From NCBI GenBank assembly GCA_963826715.1, contig CAWGYA010000002.1, forward strand, positions 416,001-480,000: a stretch of 64,000 nt of DNA. The letters run 5' to 3'. The stretch comes from Candidatus Bathyarchaeota archaeon (GTDB lineage Archaea; Thermoproteota; Bathyarchaeia; Bathyarchaeales; Bathycorpusculaceae). The position numbers were made by a program, and so were the translations under genes. This document shows, in pieces, positions 20,517 through 30,593 of the stretch (position 1 is its first letter; the number at the start of each line of letters is the position of its first letter). Under the pieces are notes generated by a model. The model was not told the DNA's origin and ran no database searches. It saw only the letters and a program-made list of their open reading frames with translations.

Positions 20517-21968
20517 TTATCGGCTAACATAGTCAATTAGCTGCTTGTTGGCATTGTAGACTTCCACTGTCAAAGGCATCTGACCAATTGCGCTATGGGT
20601 TGCACATCCAAAGCAAGGGTCATAAGCGCGAAATGCCATCTCGACCATGTTTAGAATTCCCTGGTCGACTTTTCCATTGTGGATTAAGCCTTTTGCAGCA
20701 TCACGAATGCTCATACATATTGCAGGGTAATTGTTAGTAGTCGCTACAACTAGGTTCACGTCTTTAAGCAACGCATCTCGGTCAAGTGTATAGTGGTGAA
20801 TAAGGGTACCTCGAGCAGCTTCAACTATTCCAACACCCTCTGTGGGGGCTCCGGGTTTGTTACGTATGTCTGTGCTTGTGATTTCTGGATCACGGATGAG
20901 CTCCAGTGCACGTTCAGTTGCATACATAAGCTCGATTACTCGAGCCCAATGGAAAGCCAAAGTGTTGTGAACGGGTTTACCCAATGTCTTTTTCATTTCT
21001 TCGTATTCAGCCTGAGCCCGTGGAGTTGCCATACCATCTGAAACATTGAGTCTGCCAAGTGGTCCGACACGATAGATGCCACTGTCTGCACCTGCGATTT
21101 GCCCTTTCCAGCCAACTGCCTTAAGGAACGGAAATTTGCTATATGTCCATTCTTCTACATGTTCGGAAATATGACTAAGGTAATCCTGAGCACCGAATTT
21201 GACAAATTCGTTTCCTTTGGGGTCAACTACTCGGATTTTTCCATCGTAAAAATTGACTTTGTTGTGATCATCCACTGTACCCATATAATATGTTTGCATA
21301 TTGTAGGCTTGACTTTTGATTAAATCTACGTATTTTGCGTTACTTAAGATCACGTCGTGGAAAAGTTTTAATGTAAATTGAGCAAAGTCTCGGCAGGAAA
21401 CTACCATTTGTTCAATTTCAGCACGGTTTTCTTCGCTTAATGCCTTGGACATTCCGCCTGGTAATCCACAGGTGGGGTGTGTGGCTTTGCCCCCTATAAT
21501 TTCGGTGATTTTTTGTCCGTAAGCACGGTGTTTTATGACATCTCGCGCGACATCTATTCCTGCTTTCTCGATTACACCTATGATGTTGCGTTTTTCTGGA
21601 GGGGCATCTATACCTACGATAAAGTCTGGACCACCAAGGTAATAAAAGTGCAACGTGTGGTCATAAATGACGTATGCTGCATACATGAGTTCTCTGAGTT
21701 TCTTGGCTGTTGGAGTGGGTTCAACGTTGAAAGCTACATCGAGAGCTTTTGTTGCTGCGAAATGATGTGCCACTGGACAGACCCCGCAGATACGAGAGGT
21801 AAGCTGGGGCATAAGTTCAGCTCGTCTACCTATACAGAATTTTTCGAAGCCGCGGAGCTCAGGAATTTTTAGGTAAGCATTGTCCACTTCGCCATTATCA
21901 TTTAGAAAGATTGATACGTTACCATGACCTTCAAGCCGAGTTATAGGATCAATTATTATTTCTTTCAT
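20517..21968 (-). CDS. mvhA: group 3c [NiFe]-hydrogenase large subunit
   Basis: TRLEGH, RGFEKF, RICGVC (L1), DPCFGCATH (L2) plus C-terminal extension. Confidence 0.93.
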   Translation of the reverse strand: MKEIIIDPITRLEGHGNVSIFLNDNGEVDNAYLKIPELRGFEKFCIGRRAELMPQLTSRICGVCPVAHHFAATKALDVAFNVEPTPTAKKLRELMYAAYVIYDHTLHFYYLGGPDFIVGIDAPPEKRNIIGVIEKAGIDVARDVIKHRAYGQKITEIIGGKATHPTCGLPGGMSKALSEENRAEIEQMVVSCRDFAQFTLKLFHDVILSNAKYVDLIKSQAYNMQTYYMGTVDDHNKVNFYDGKIRVVDPKGNEFVKFGAQDYLSHISEHVEEWTYSKFPFLKAVGWKGQIAGADSGIYRVGPLGRLNVSDGMATPRAQAEYEEMKKTLGKPVHNTLAFHWARVIELMYATERALELIRDPEITSTDIRNKPGAPTEGVGIVEAARGTLIHHYTLDRDALLKDVNLVVATTNNYPAICMSIRDAAKGLIHNGKVDQGILNMVEMAFRAYDPCFGCATHSAIGQMPLTVEVYNANKQLIDYVSR

Positions 21969-22954
21969 TTCTTGATCACCTTACGTTTAAGGATTGATGC
22001 TGGCAAACTATACATGTAAAAAGTGCCAGTTGGATCCTTGATTTGGTTTATTAAATCCTCAATTTCGTTTTCGGTATAACTATTTTTACCTTCTACGCCA
22101 TCATAGCCTAAAATTGAGGCTAAAGCAGTTATCATGGCTGCACCTTGTTCAGGAACGTTAGGCGCTCTTCCTCCGCAACCAGTACAAGGCATGTCAACCG
22201 CTAGACATTTTGCACCGCAGCCACTTCTTGTTGCGATTCCCATGCAAAGAATCCCTTGTTCAAGGAGACATTTTTCAGGTTCAGGCTCTTTCTCGTAGAC
22301 ACGGTAGATTTTGTCAATTTTTTTGTTATCACGCTTGCGTGGGCATTCATCGCAAACTGGTTTTGGCGGTGCAAGCACGGAACCTTTTGGGGGGAGAGTG
22401 TTACCTGCAATGGCATCAATTGCTGCAGCAGTTAATTTAACTGGGGGAGGACAACCTGGAAGATAATAATCCACATCGACTGTTTGAGCCAAAGTTCTCA
22501 CAGTATCGTAAAACTCGGGGATTTTCAGCGTACCCTCATTGACTTTGGTTTCAGGTTGTGGTGTTACACCTTGAGGGTTGACGTTAGTTTTGTCTTTTAA
22601 GTAAACTTGCTCGAAAACTTCGGCTTTAGTATTCAAATTAGCTAAGCCAGGGACACTTCCTTCATGGGCACATGAACCAAAAGCGATCAATGCCTTGGTT
22701 TTTTGCCGTAACACCTTTGCCATGTGTTCTTGTTCACTGTTACGTATGGAACCGTTGAAAAAAGTTATATCAATGTATTTGTCCGGGAGTTCTTCTAAGT
22801 CTTTGTATTTGATGTCCATGGCGGCAGGCCAAAATACTATTTCTGCTATCTTCAGCACATCTAAGATTTTTTCGTTTATGTCTAAGACGGCAACTTCACA
22901 ACCGCCGCAACTTGCAGCCCAGTAAAAGGCTATTTTTAGTTTGCTCTTACTCAT
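21965..22954 (-). CDS. mvhG: group 3c [NiFe]-hydrogenase small subunit
   Basis: SCGGC, GSCA, PGCPP, CDEC, CLLEQGILCMG, CTGC. Confidence 0.92.
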   Translation of the reverse strand: MSKSKLKIAFYWAASCGGCEVAVLDINEKILDVLKIAEIVFWPAAMDIKYKDLEELPDKYIDITFFNGSIRNSEQEHMAKVLRQKTKALIAFGSCAHEGSVPGLANLNTKAEVFEQVYLKDKTNVNPQGVTPQPETKVNEGTLKIPEFYDTVRTLAQTVDVDYYLPGCPPPVKLTAAAIDAIAGNTLPPKGSVLAPPKPVCDECPRKRDNKKIDKIYRVYEKEPEPEKCLLEQGILCMGIATRSGCGAKCLAVDMPCTGCGGRAPNVPEQGAAMITALASILGYDGVEGKNSYTENEIEDLINQIKDPTGTFYMYSLPASILKRKVIKK

Positions 22955-23844
22955 GGTTTATTTGCTCCTTGAGCGAATTGGTTCGTAATTTTTTGCGCGT
23001 TTACCCGAAGATCCCCGAAAGCTAATTCTTCGGGGGTCATGCCCATAGCGAGTCCGAGTAGTTGCGGATAATGTAGAATGGGAATGCCGTAGACTTCGTT
23101 AAAAGTTTTTTCTATGCGAAGCTCGTTTGTATCGTACATTATGTGGCAGAACGGACATATTGTGATTAAAGCTTGAGCATCGACCATTTTTATGTGGTTT
23201 AGTTTATCTCGTGCAAGCGCCAATGCAACCTTGTCGCTAACTCCAACGCTGGGTGCGCCACAGCATTCAGTTTCGTCTATGTAATCAAGGCAAGTTGCTC
23301 CTGTAGCTTCAATAAGCATCTTGAGAGTTTGGGGGTCTTCAGGGTCGTCAAAGCCGATGTACTCTTTAGGACGTAGAATATGGCAGCCATTGTGCTCAGC
23401 AACGTTGAGACCTGTCAAAGAGTTAGTGACTTCGTTTTTGATTTTGTCAATACCCACATCCTCTTTTAGGAATTGGAGAAGATGTTTAGTTTCAACTGTT
23501 GCTTTGTATTCTAAGCCTGCCTCTTTGAGATGTATATTGACGTCATCCAGCTGCATTTTGTCTTCTTTTAGGGTTTTATTGACTTTCTTTAGCGTACCTG
23601 CACAGCCGGGGCATAAAGTGAGGATATTCAAACCCTGCCCCTCTGCCAGTGCCAAGTTTTTCGCGGCTAAAATCATCATAGTTTCGTGACTAACAGGATC
23701 AAAGGGCAAGCCGCAACAGTTGAATTCAGGCATCTCGACAAGTTCCACACCTAGCTTATCTAGAACCCTGCGCGAGCTTATTTCGTATGAGGATACTCGG
23801 TAGGGAACAGCGCAGCCGAGGAATATAAGATATTTATTGCTCAT
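22951..23844 (-). CDS. hdrB: heterodisulfide reductase subunit B
   Basis: FLGC, CCG, CPGC, GCH, CCG, CPFC (two CCG domains); likely start ATG 23844. Confidence 0.92.
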   Translation of the reverse strand: MSNKYLIFLGCAVPYRVSSYEISSRRVLDKLGVELVEMPEFNCCGLPFDPVSHETMMILAAKNLALAEGQGLNILTLCPGCAGTLKKVNKTLKEDKMQLDDVNIHLKEAGLEYKATVETKHLLQFLKEDVGIDKIKNEVTNSLTGLNVAEHNGCHILRPKEYIGFDDPEDPQTLKMLIEATGATCLDYIDETECCGAPSVGVSDKVALALARDKLNHIKMVDAQALITICPFCHIMYDTNELRIEKTFNEVYGIPILHYPQLLGLAMGMTPEELAFGDLRVNAQKITNQFAQGANKP

Positions 23845-24397
23845 CTGTTTTTTCACTCTGTGGTTTTTGAATACGGTCAAAAAACTTTACGCCTTTAAGC
23901 GTTTTTTTAACAATATCGGGGTTGCCTTTGGGGAGCGGAGGTAAACCTTGGCTTTCCCTCTTTTTGATTCGTAAATCTGGAATTTTATATGCGTAACCTG
24001 TTTCGATAAGGCTATGGGCTTGGTCTTTAAAGACCTGCGGAATGCATCCTTTTTCTGCAGCGAGGTTGCGGAAGGCGCGGATTACGTTGGCTACTTCAAT
24101 ATTTTGGGGACATCTGTCAGTGCATGTAAAGCAAGCAGCACACAGCCAGAGTGTGCCACTATTTAGAACTCTATCCTTTAGACCCAGCTGTGCCAAGTGA
24201 ATTAGGGTACGTGGACGATAGTCATCACTGAACCGTGCAACTGGGCAGTCTGAGGTGCAGGTTCCGCATTGGAAGCATTTGAGAATTTTTTCGCTCCCAT
24301 GGATTTTTTGGAGGTCATACTTGAATTTTGGATCAATTTCAGAAGCTTTGATTGGGTGCTCCTTACCCTGCGGAGTTGGTGGGGCTACTTCACTCAT
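23834..24397 (-). CDS. hdrC: heterodisulfide reductase subunit C
   Basis: CFQCGTCTSDCP and WLCAACFTCTDRCP. Confidence 0.92.
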   Translation of the reverse strand: MSEVAPPTPQGKEHPIKASEIDPKFKYDLQKIHGSEKILKCFQCGTCTSDCPVARFSDDYRPRTLIHLAQLGLKDRVLNSGTLWLCAACFTCTDRCPQNIEVANVIRAFRNLAAEKGCIPQVFKDQAHSLIETGYAYKIPDLRIKKRESQGLPPLPKGNPDIVKKTLKGVKFFDRIQKPQSEKTDEQ

Positions 24398-24616
24398 AAA
24401 CTGTTTAACTCCTCTGGATTAGTTGGAACAGCACATGGTGCTTTGAAGGTGAAATGGTTATGTCGAGTAGATAAAGTTTGAGCACGGGAATTTGATTCTT
24501 ACATGTTGAAAAATAAAATTCAGTGTGTTTTTTGTTCATCAATGCTCCATCTGTGTTTAGAAGAATGCACATACTTCTATGCATAGTTCATGTTTAGATG
24601 TTCATGTTTGTTGCCT

Positions 24617-25612
24617 TCAGGTAGCCGTTTGTTGCCCAACAGCAGCGGTTGGCACAACGACTTTTTTCTCAAAAAGCATCGGTAACCCAAGCAGCGGCAA
24701 CGATAGCATCCACAAATCCATGTTATGCCCCAAAAACCACGCATACCAATAGTTCCATGTGTCGCCTGCAAGTATTACCCAGCTAAGATAATTCCATAGG
24801 AAATACAACCCCACCAAGGTAACAATGATTCCGATGGCGCCCCTGTTGAGGTCTGATATTGACTCGACTTGCCCCGATTTTTTGGCCAGATACCCCGCGT
24901 AGATTGCCAGCACCAACAAAAGGGTTGTTGTGATGAAACTAACCATGTGCTCGGGGTGATAAATCACGGTTTCTGCGCCGTTGATTAGGGTGGTCTCCAT
25001 CCAGAGGTAACTCGTGCCCTTACTTGCCAAAACCCCCAGCCAATTCGCTGTGTTAGTCAACCAGAAAACCACAATTGTGAGGACACCGACTATGAATCCC
25101 CACTTAATTGGTGTTTTAAGAGGCTTGTCGGGTTTGAGTTTAGCAGCAAATATTAAGAAGACTATGGGCAGAACCACCGCCTCCATAACTGTTGGAATCA
25201 CACCTGTGAACATTGAATTTAACAGGCTATCCAAACTACTTTGTCGTGTGAGAAGACCCAAAAAAGCCTGTACGCTATAGCCTGCGGTTGCAACTAATCC
25301 CAGCCAGTATATGGCTTCAAAAGCCAAAACCAGCCTTACCGCCCGATACACCACAGACTTGGACAGGTTACCTTTGGCTATGTAGGCTATGACGGCAGCT
25401 AGAGCTATGATGCCTGCGGCGAAGCGAAACGCCAGGCAAGTTGTGGCGCTGATGTCCTCAACAAATATTACGGTTCGAATCGGCTCACGCAGTGGTTCCC
25501 ACTCGCCAATCCATGACAAAGTAAACATCGCGTGCAATGTGAAGAGGAAGTATGATGCGGCTACGGCGAGCAAGCCGATTTTTAGGGGGGTGAAGGTTTT
25601 TTTCGCTGTCAT
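24617..25612 (-). CDS. multi-pass membrane protein
   Basis: About 8 hydrophobic segments. Confidence 0.75.
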   Translation of the reverse strand: MTAKKTFTPLKIGLLAVAASYFLFTLHAMFTLSWIGEWEPLREPIRTVIFVEDISATTCLAFRFAAGIIALAAVIAYIAKGNLSKSVVYRAVRLVLAFEAIYWLGLVATAGYSVQAFLGLLTRQSSLDSLLNSMFTGVIPTVMEAVVLPIVFLIFAAKLKPDKPLKTPIKWGFIVGVLTIVVFWLTNTANWLGVLASKGTSYLWMETTLINGAETVIYHPEHMVSFITTTLLLVLAIYAGYLAKKSGQVESISDLNRGAIGIIVTLVGLYFLWNYLSWVILAGDTWNYWYAWFLGHNMDLWMLSLPLLGLPMLFEKKVVVPTAAVGQQTAT

Positions 25613-25737
25613 AGAATCAACCGTGTTTAAGCTGAAAAGTAATCGGTCAAGTTGCTATATTATACTTGCGGTGTAGAAGGCTCCGGATGCGGTTAGTGTT
25701 AAATACCTAAAACACACAGGGTATAGGTGGAGAGCTC

Positions 25738-25974
25738 TTGAAGTTGACTCGTCAGCCCGTTACCGTTTTCCTCTACGCCACTCAGACAGTGGGCGTGGTG
25801 TTTGTTGGTTTGTTTTTGGCGGCGTACCTCGCAGGGTTGCCCACGACTGCAGTTCTACACTCTGACCCCGCCGTACGTTTGGCGTTGACGATTTTGGGTG
25901 TGGTCTATTTATCGTTGACGCTTGTCGCAGGGGTTTTGGCGTTTCTAAGACGGAAAACAGCTGCCCGAACCTAA
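25738..25974 (+). CDS. small two-TM membrane protein
   Basis: GGTGGAG SD before TTG; two hydrophobic helices. Confidence 0.6.
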   Translation: MKLTRQPVTVFLYATQTVGVVFVGLFLAAYLAGLPTTAVLHSDPAVRLALTILGVVYLSLTLVAGVLAFLRRKTAART

Positions 25975-26035
25975 TTGTTCAACTTGTCTGTAACACCTTA
26001 AATTTTATATTTGGTGTTAATTCATTTTCCATCCT

Positions 26036-26806
26036 ATGGCTAACCGCAGATTTGGTGGCATCACATGGCGACAACCCATCGTCTTTGTAGTTGCTACTGT
26101 AATTTGCACTGTACTGGCGATTTGGGCAGTCATAACGACACCTGTTGGCTCAGACCTCGTTGCAATCCCAGGCGTCTCCGGACTCTACATATCCGCCGCT
26201 GTTTATGTGCCGCTGGCGATGTGGTTTGGCATCTGGGGGTGCCTTGCAGGCTACCTTAGCTGCGTCTTTTTAGGTGTGTATCTGATGGCGCTAGGTGTCC
26301 CAGGCTACACGCTGGAGTTTGTTCTGGTTTGGTCGCTATCAGATTTCTTTGAGGGGTTTGTGCCCCTGATGATTTATCGGTCCCTTAAAACCCGGCCTAA
26401 ACTGGATTTAAAACGTCCAAGAGTCACTTATGGAATAAATGCGCTTCTCGCGGCAGTTTTGGTCTGCTCAGCTTTAGCATTGATTAACTCTTACACTTAC
26501 GCTTTCATCGCAACCTTCGCATTGAGCATCCTGTTGGTGTTTGCTCTATCTTTTATGGAGGACAACAAAACCTGGCTCACATGGCTACCTGTCGGCGTAT
26601 TTGTCGCTGCCCTAACGTCAGGCTTGTTCGGCGTGGGGGCTTTGGCGGCTTTCGGCAACATACCCTTGGAGGCGTTTGGCACAGTTCTCTTCGGCTGGGT
26701 CTTTGGCGACATAATCGTCCTCGCCACTTTGGGCACGTTGCTCATGGTTGCGTTGACACCCTACATTATCCGCTCAAAAATCTACGTCAAACGATACTTC
26801 TCATAA
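26036..26806 (+). CDS. multi-pass membrane protein (MASE1/ECF S-component-like)
   Basis: 7-8 TM helices; WFGIWG and W-x2-GD motifs. Confidence 0.7.
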   Translation: MANRRFGGITWRQPIVFVVATVICTVLAIWAVITTPVGSDLVAIPGVSGLYISAAVYVPLAMWFGIWGCLAGYLSCVFLGVYLMALGVPGYTLEFVLVWSLSDFFEGFVPLMIYRSLKTRPKLDLKRPRVTYGINALLAAVLVCSALALINSYTYAFIATFALSILLVFALSFMEDNKTWLTWLPVGVFVAALTSGLFGVGALAAFGNIPLEAFGTVLFGWVFGDIIVLATLGTLLMVALTPYIIRSKIYVKRYFS

Positions 26807-26888
26807 CACAAACCAAAAATTCCATTCTGTCTATGGAAAACGTCGAAATCACTCAAAGAGAAAAATAAACGCGGCTAAAAATTTTTGC

Positions 26889-27518
26889 CTACTTGTATAG
26901 GATGCGTTCGCCGCCGTTAAACACATAAACCTCGCCTAAAGCTGACAGTTTGCCCTCATCGCAGACAAGCGCCGAACCCTGCGGAACAGCGTAAATGGTT
27001 TCCTTAAGAGAAAACCGCTTGAGCACTTCGTCTTTAGCGGGCGTATAATGTGCCTTTAAGGTAATTTCCACCAAGTCTAAGCCGTCCATTATCCGAACTT
27101 TGCCGTTACTGCGGCATGTCGTGACGCATCTCCTGCACAGCGCCAGTGCCCCCGCGCTTCTGCCCACAATAACCCCGCGGAAACTTCTCAGCAGCGACTC
27201 AAGATTCATGTTTTTGATTCTCTCAATAAGTATGCTGGTTTGTCCACCGGTTAAATACAACATGTTAGACTTCGCGATTTTCTCGGCTACACCCTCCAGT
27301 TGGGCATACTCTATATATTCCACTGAGGAAGCACCCAGAACTGAAAAATAGTCCGTTAGAAGCTTGCGTTTCCGGTATTCATTATCGAAGGATGCCCGCG
27401 CCCAAGGAAACACCAAAACGCTGGGGTGTCCACCTGCATCTTGGAAGGCTTGCTCGTTGATTTCTTTGGCGCTTCGTCGGTAGACGTTTTCTCCGCCTAA
27501 AAGATACAGCTTAGGCAT
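26889..27518 (-). CDS. peptidase S51 (peptidase E / cyanophycinase-like)
   Basis: LLGG, YLTGGQT, GRSAGA nucleophile, HY. Confidence 0.85.
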   Translation of the reverse strand: MPKLYLLGGENVYRRSAKEINEQAFQDAGGHPSVLVFPWARASFDNEYRKRKLLTDYFSVLGASSVEYIEYAQLEGVAEKIAKSNMLYLTGGQTSILIERIKNMNLESLLRSFRGVIVGRSAGALALCRRCVTTCRSNGKVRIMDGLDLVEITLKAHYTPAKDEVLKRFSLKETIYAVPQGSALVCDEGKLSALGEVYVFNGGERILYK

Positions 27519-27656
27519 ATCTTCTAATGAAACAGCAGAACTTAAAAAGCAAGCTACTTCACTAAACGATAAGCGAGTTTTTGGAAATAAAATATCAATT
27601 ATACCAAATTAATAATTAATTATAGCTAATATTTAATCCTTCAAAAGTGAACTAAT

Positions 27657-28340
27657 TTACAATTTCTTATGACAGCCAAATCGTAAACCATTTTTTCCAT
27701 CAAAAAAATTATTACATGAAGCTTGTTCTATTGATTTATAGCCGATATTTAATAGAAGATAATATTCTTTAAGAACACTTGCTCGATTGTGAGCAATAAT
27801 GTTGTAAATATGTGCGTTATCCTGTGTTTCTAAATGTTTTTTCCAGAGATTTCCAGCTTGACTATCGTCACTGCGGAAGGGATCATCAAAATTACTTATC
27901 CCTAAATTTTTCACCTGTATTTCTTTAGTCTCCTTCTCCACCTTGATTTCTCTGTCAAAGACAATTTCGTCTCGCAATAGGTCACTTAATATTGCCATAT
28001 CAAACTCAGCATTAAAAGCATAGTATGGGCGATTTCGCGCTCCCAAAGATTTTTCAATAGTTATTGCAAACTGCTCAGCGGTAGTTTGAAATGTTTTGGC
28101 TATTACTTCAATATTATCTTCATCCATTATTCCAACGCTTAAGGCTTGATGTTTTGAGTATCGATAAGCCCCATCTAAATAGTTTAAGAAAGGGCCTCCA
28201 TCACTTTTCAAGTCGATAATGGTTCCTTCAAAATTTCGGTAATCTATTTGATAATTATTCATTAATTTAGGGATTTCCAACTTGTATTTCAAGATGCCTG
28301 AACAGTAAGCGGTATCTGAGGTTATCGAATAGTTGCTCAT
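27657..28340 (-). CDS. RNase H-like/DEDD exonuclease-fold protein with degenerate active site
   Basis: IIDLKSDG, YAFNAEFD, AHNRASV resemble ExoI-III motifs with acidic residues lost; AT-rich. Confidence 0.5.
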   Translation of the reverse strand: MSNYSITSDTAYCSGILKYKLEIPKLMNNYQIDYRNFEGTIIDLKSDGGPFLNYLDGAYRYSKHQALSVGIMDEDNIEVIAKTFQTTAEQFAITIEKSLGARNRPYYAFNAEFDMAILSDLLRDEIVFDREIKVEKETKEIQVKNLGISNFDDPFRSDDSQAGNLWKKHLETQDNAHIYNIIAHNRASVLKEYYLLLNIGYKSIEQASCNNFFDGKNGLRFGCHKKL

Positions 28341-28524
28341 TAGTATCTATTGATCTATGCAACTTAACACAATATATAGTTTATTACGACACGATATATC
28401 ATCTCGAGTGAATTATGTTTCAAGCAAAAGAGTCTCAGTAGCCCCATTGAGAGCTTAATTAAGCCATTTGAAAGGATAAAGTTAATTATTTCAACAACCA
28501 AAACCTTCATTCGGAGAAATATTT

Positions 28525-29322
28525 ATGGAATGGGGAATGAAAAACCGCTTAAGTAAGCTCATACAAAGAGACGGCAAAGCCCTCTTTTTACCTATAGACC
28601 ACGGTTACTTCCAAGGACCGACACACTGCCTCGAAAAACCGGCAGAAACAATCAAGCCGATTTATCAGTATGCGGACGCATTAATGCTAACACGGGGAAT
28701 TCTACGTAATAGCATCGACCCTGCCATCGAAAAACCAATTATAATGCGTGTTAGCGGAGGAGTGTCAGTAGTAGGGGAAGATTTGGCTAACGAGAGCGTA
28801 GTCACCTCCATAGAGGAAATCATTCGACTCAACGCATCCGCTGTTTCCATGTCAGTATTCGTTGGAAGCAAATACGAAAACAAAAGCCTAACCAACCTCT
28901 CAAAGCTTGTTGACGAATGTGAGGAATATGGAGTACCTGTCATGGCGGTCTGCGCCGTCGGCAAAGAACTAGAGAAGAGAGAAGCTAGGTACCTTGCATT
29001 ATCAGCCAGAATAGCAGCTGAAATTGGCGCACGAGTAGTCAAAACCTATTACTGCAAAGAAAATTTCGAGAAGGTTGTGGATGGTTGTCCTGTACCTATC
29101 GTAATTGCAGGTGGACCCAAAACAGAAACCCAGAGGGAAGTTTTCGACTTCGTCTATGACGGCTTACAGAAAGGTGCCGTTGGAGTTAACCTAGGACGCA
29201 ATATCTGGCAAACCCAGTACCCAGTCGCGTCTATTAGAGCTATTCGCGCCATCATACATGAAGGTTACACCGTTGCTGAAGCCGACGACCTTTATAAGCA
29301 GATAATCGCAGGCATAGCCTAA
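28525..29322 (+). CDS. lsrF: LsrF-type class I aldolase/thiolase
   Basis: WGMKNRL, DHGYFQGP, VKTYY, AGGPK, GRNIWQ. Confidence 0.9.
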   Translation: MEWGMKNRLSKLIQRDGKALFLPIDHGYFQGPTHCLEKPAETIKPIYQYADALMLTRGILRNSIDPAIEKPIIMRVSGGVSVVGEDLANESVVTSIEEIIRLNASAVSMSVFVGSKYENKSLTNLSKLVDECEEYGVPVMAVCAVGKELEKREARYLALSARIAAEIGARVVKTYYCKENFEKVVDGCPVPIVIAGGPKTETQREVFDFVYDGLQKGAVGVNLGRNIWQTQYPVASIRAIRAIIHEGYTVAEADDLYKQIIAGIA

Positions 29323-29335
29323 CCCAAATCTTCCT

Positions 29336-30376
29336 TTGGTGACTTTGATGCTTGCCGCCTTCTATTATAACAACCACGACGTTCGGATCCAAGAAATTCC
29401 AAAGCCCTCTATTAATGATGAAGAAGTATTGCTCAAAGTGATGGCAAGCGGTATCTGCGGTAGTGACGTCATCGAGTGGTATCGTGTTCCTAAGGCCCCA
29501 CGTGTTTTAGGCCATGAAGCCACAGGGATCCTAGAAGAAGTAGGGAACAAAGTCAAATCTGTTGCTATTGGCGACCGCGTCTTTGTCAGCCATCATGTTC
29601 CCTGCTTTAGTTGCCGTCATTGCCAACGCGGCAACCATACCGCCTGCAACACATTACACACCACCAACTACTATCCCGGCGGCTTCAGCCAATACATCAA
29701 AGTTCCTAAAATTAACGTGGAACACGGCATTTACAAACTACCCGAAGACATGAGTTTTGAGGAAGGCACTTTCATTGAGCCGCTGGCATGTGTATCTCGT
29801 GGTCAACGCCTCTCAGGACTAAAAAGCAGCGACACAGCACTCATAATAGGCAGCGGCATTTCAGGCATCCTCCATGTACTGCTAGCGAAGTTCAAGGATG
29901 TGGAACGTATTATAGTCGCTGACATCAACCCTTATCGACTCGAACTTGCCAAAAAATTCGGTGCGCACGAAGCTTTGGATGCAAAAACAAACTTGCCCGA
30001 AAAACTCAAAGAAATCAATGATGGTCATTTAGCTGATCAGGTTATCGTTTGCACAGGCGCCACATCCGCAGCAATTTCAGCAATGGATTGTGTAGAAAAC
30101 GGTGGAACAATTGTTTTCTTTGCAGTACCTGACCCATCTGTAAAGCTGCCCGTTCCTATTAACCAGTTTTGGCGCAACGAAATAACTATGCGCACCAGCT
30201 ATGGCGCCGCTCCCAACGACATTGAAGACTCCATAGGACTGTTGTCGACGGGTCGGTTGGATGTAAAAAATATGATTACGCATCGGCTAGACATTCGCGA
30301 GGCGCAGGAGGGCTTTTGTTTGATGGCAGAGGCGGGAAACTCACTCAAGGTTATTTTGGAACCTAACCGTCCCTAA
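29336..30376 (+). CDS. zinc-dependent polyol/alcohol dehydrogenase (MDR)
   Basis: GICGSD, GHE, CFSCRHC...C, EPLAC, GSGISG. Confidence 0.92.
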   Translation: MVTLMLAAFYYNNHDVRIQEIPKPSINDEEVLLKVMASGICGSDVIEWYRVPKAPRVLGHEATGILEEVGNKVKSVAIGDRVFVSHHVPCFSCRHCQRGNHTACNTLHTTNYYPGGFSQYIKVPKINVEHGIYKLPEDMSFEEGTFIEPLACVSRGQRLSGLKSSDTALIIGSGISGILHVLLAKFKDVERIIVADINPYRLELAKKFGAHEALDAKTNLPEKLKEINDGHLADQVIVCTGATSAAISAMDCVENGGTIVFFAVPDPSVKLPVPINQFWRNEITMRTSYGAAPNDIEDSIGLLSTGRLDVKNMITHRLDIREAQEGFCLMAEAGNSLKVILEPNRP

Positions 30377-30593
30377 TTCGCCCTTTCACTTTGTTTTCGC
30401 TGCAATAATCCAAATGATTACACCAAACTACAGGCTGATGAATTCCAAACTCATTTACTGATTCTGTTTAAGATAAAATCATTGGGGTCACTGTTGAATT
30501 CAAAATGAAACAGAATGCAAAGGTTTTTGACTTTGTCTAGGATCAGCACAATTAACCATAGGGATAAAAAACCTACGGAACATAGAAGATTAT

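Noticed and set aside
20517-24397. Selenocysteine or pyrrolysine recoding in Mvh/Hdr
   Set aside because: All metal-binding motifs are Cys and ORFs are uninterrupted
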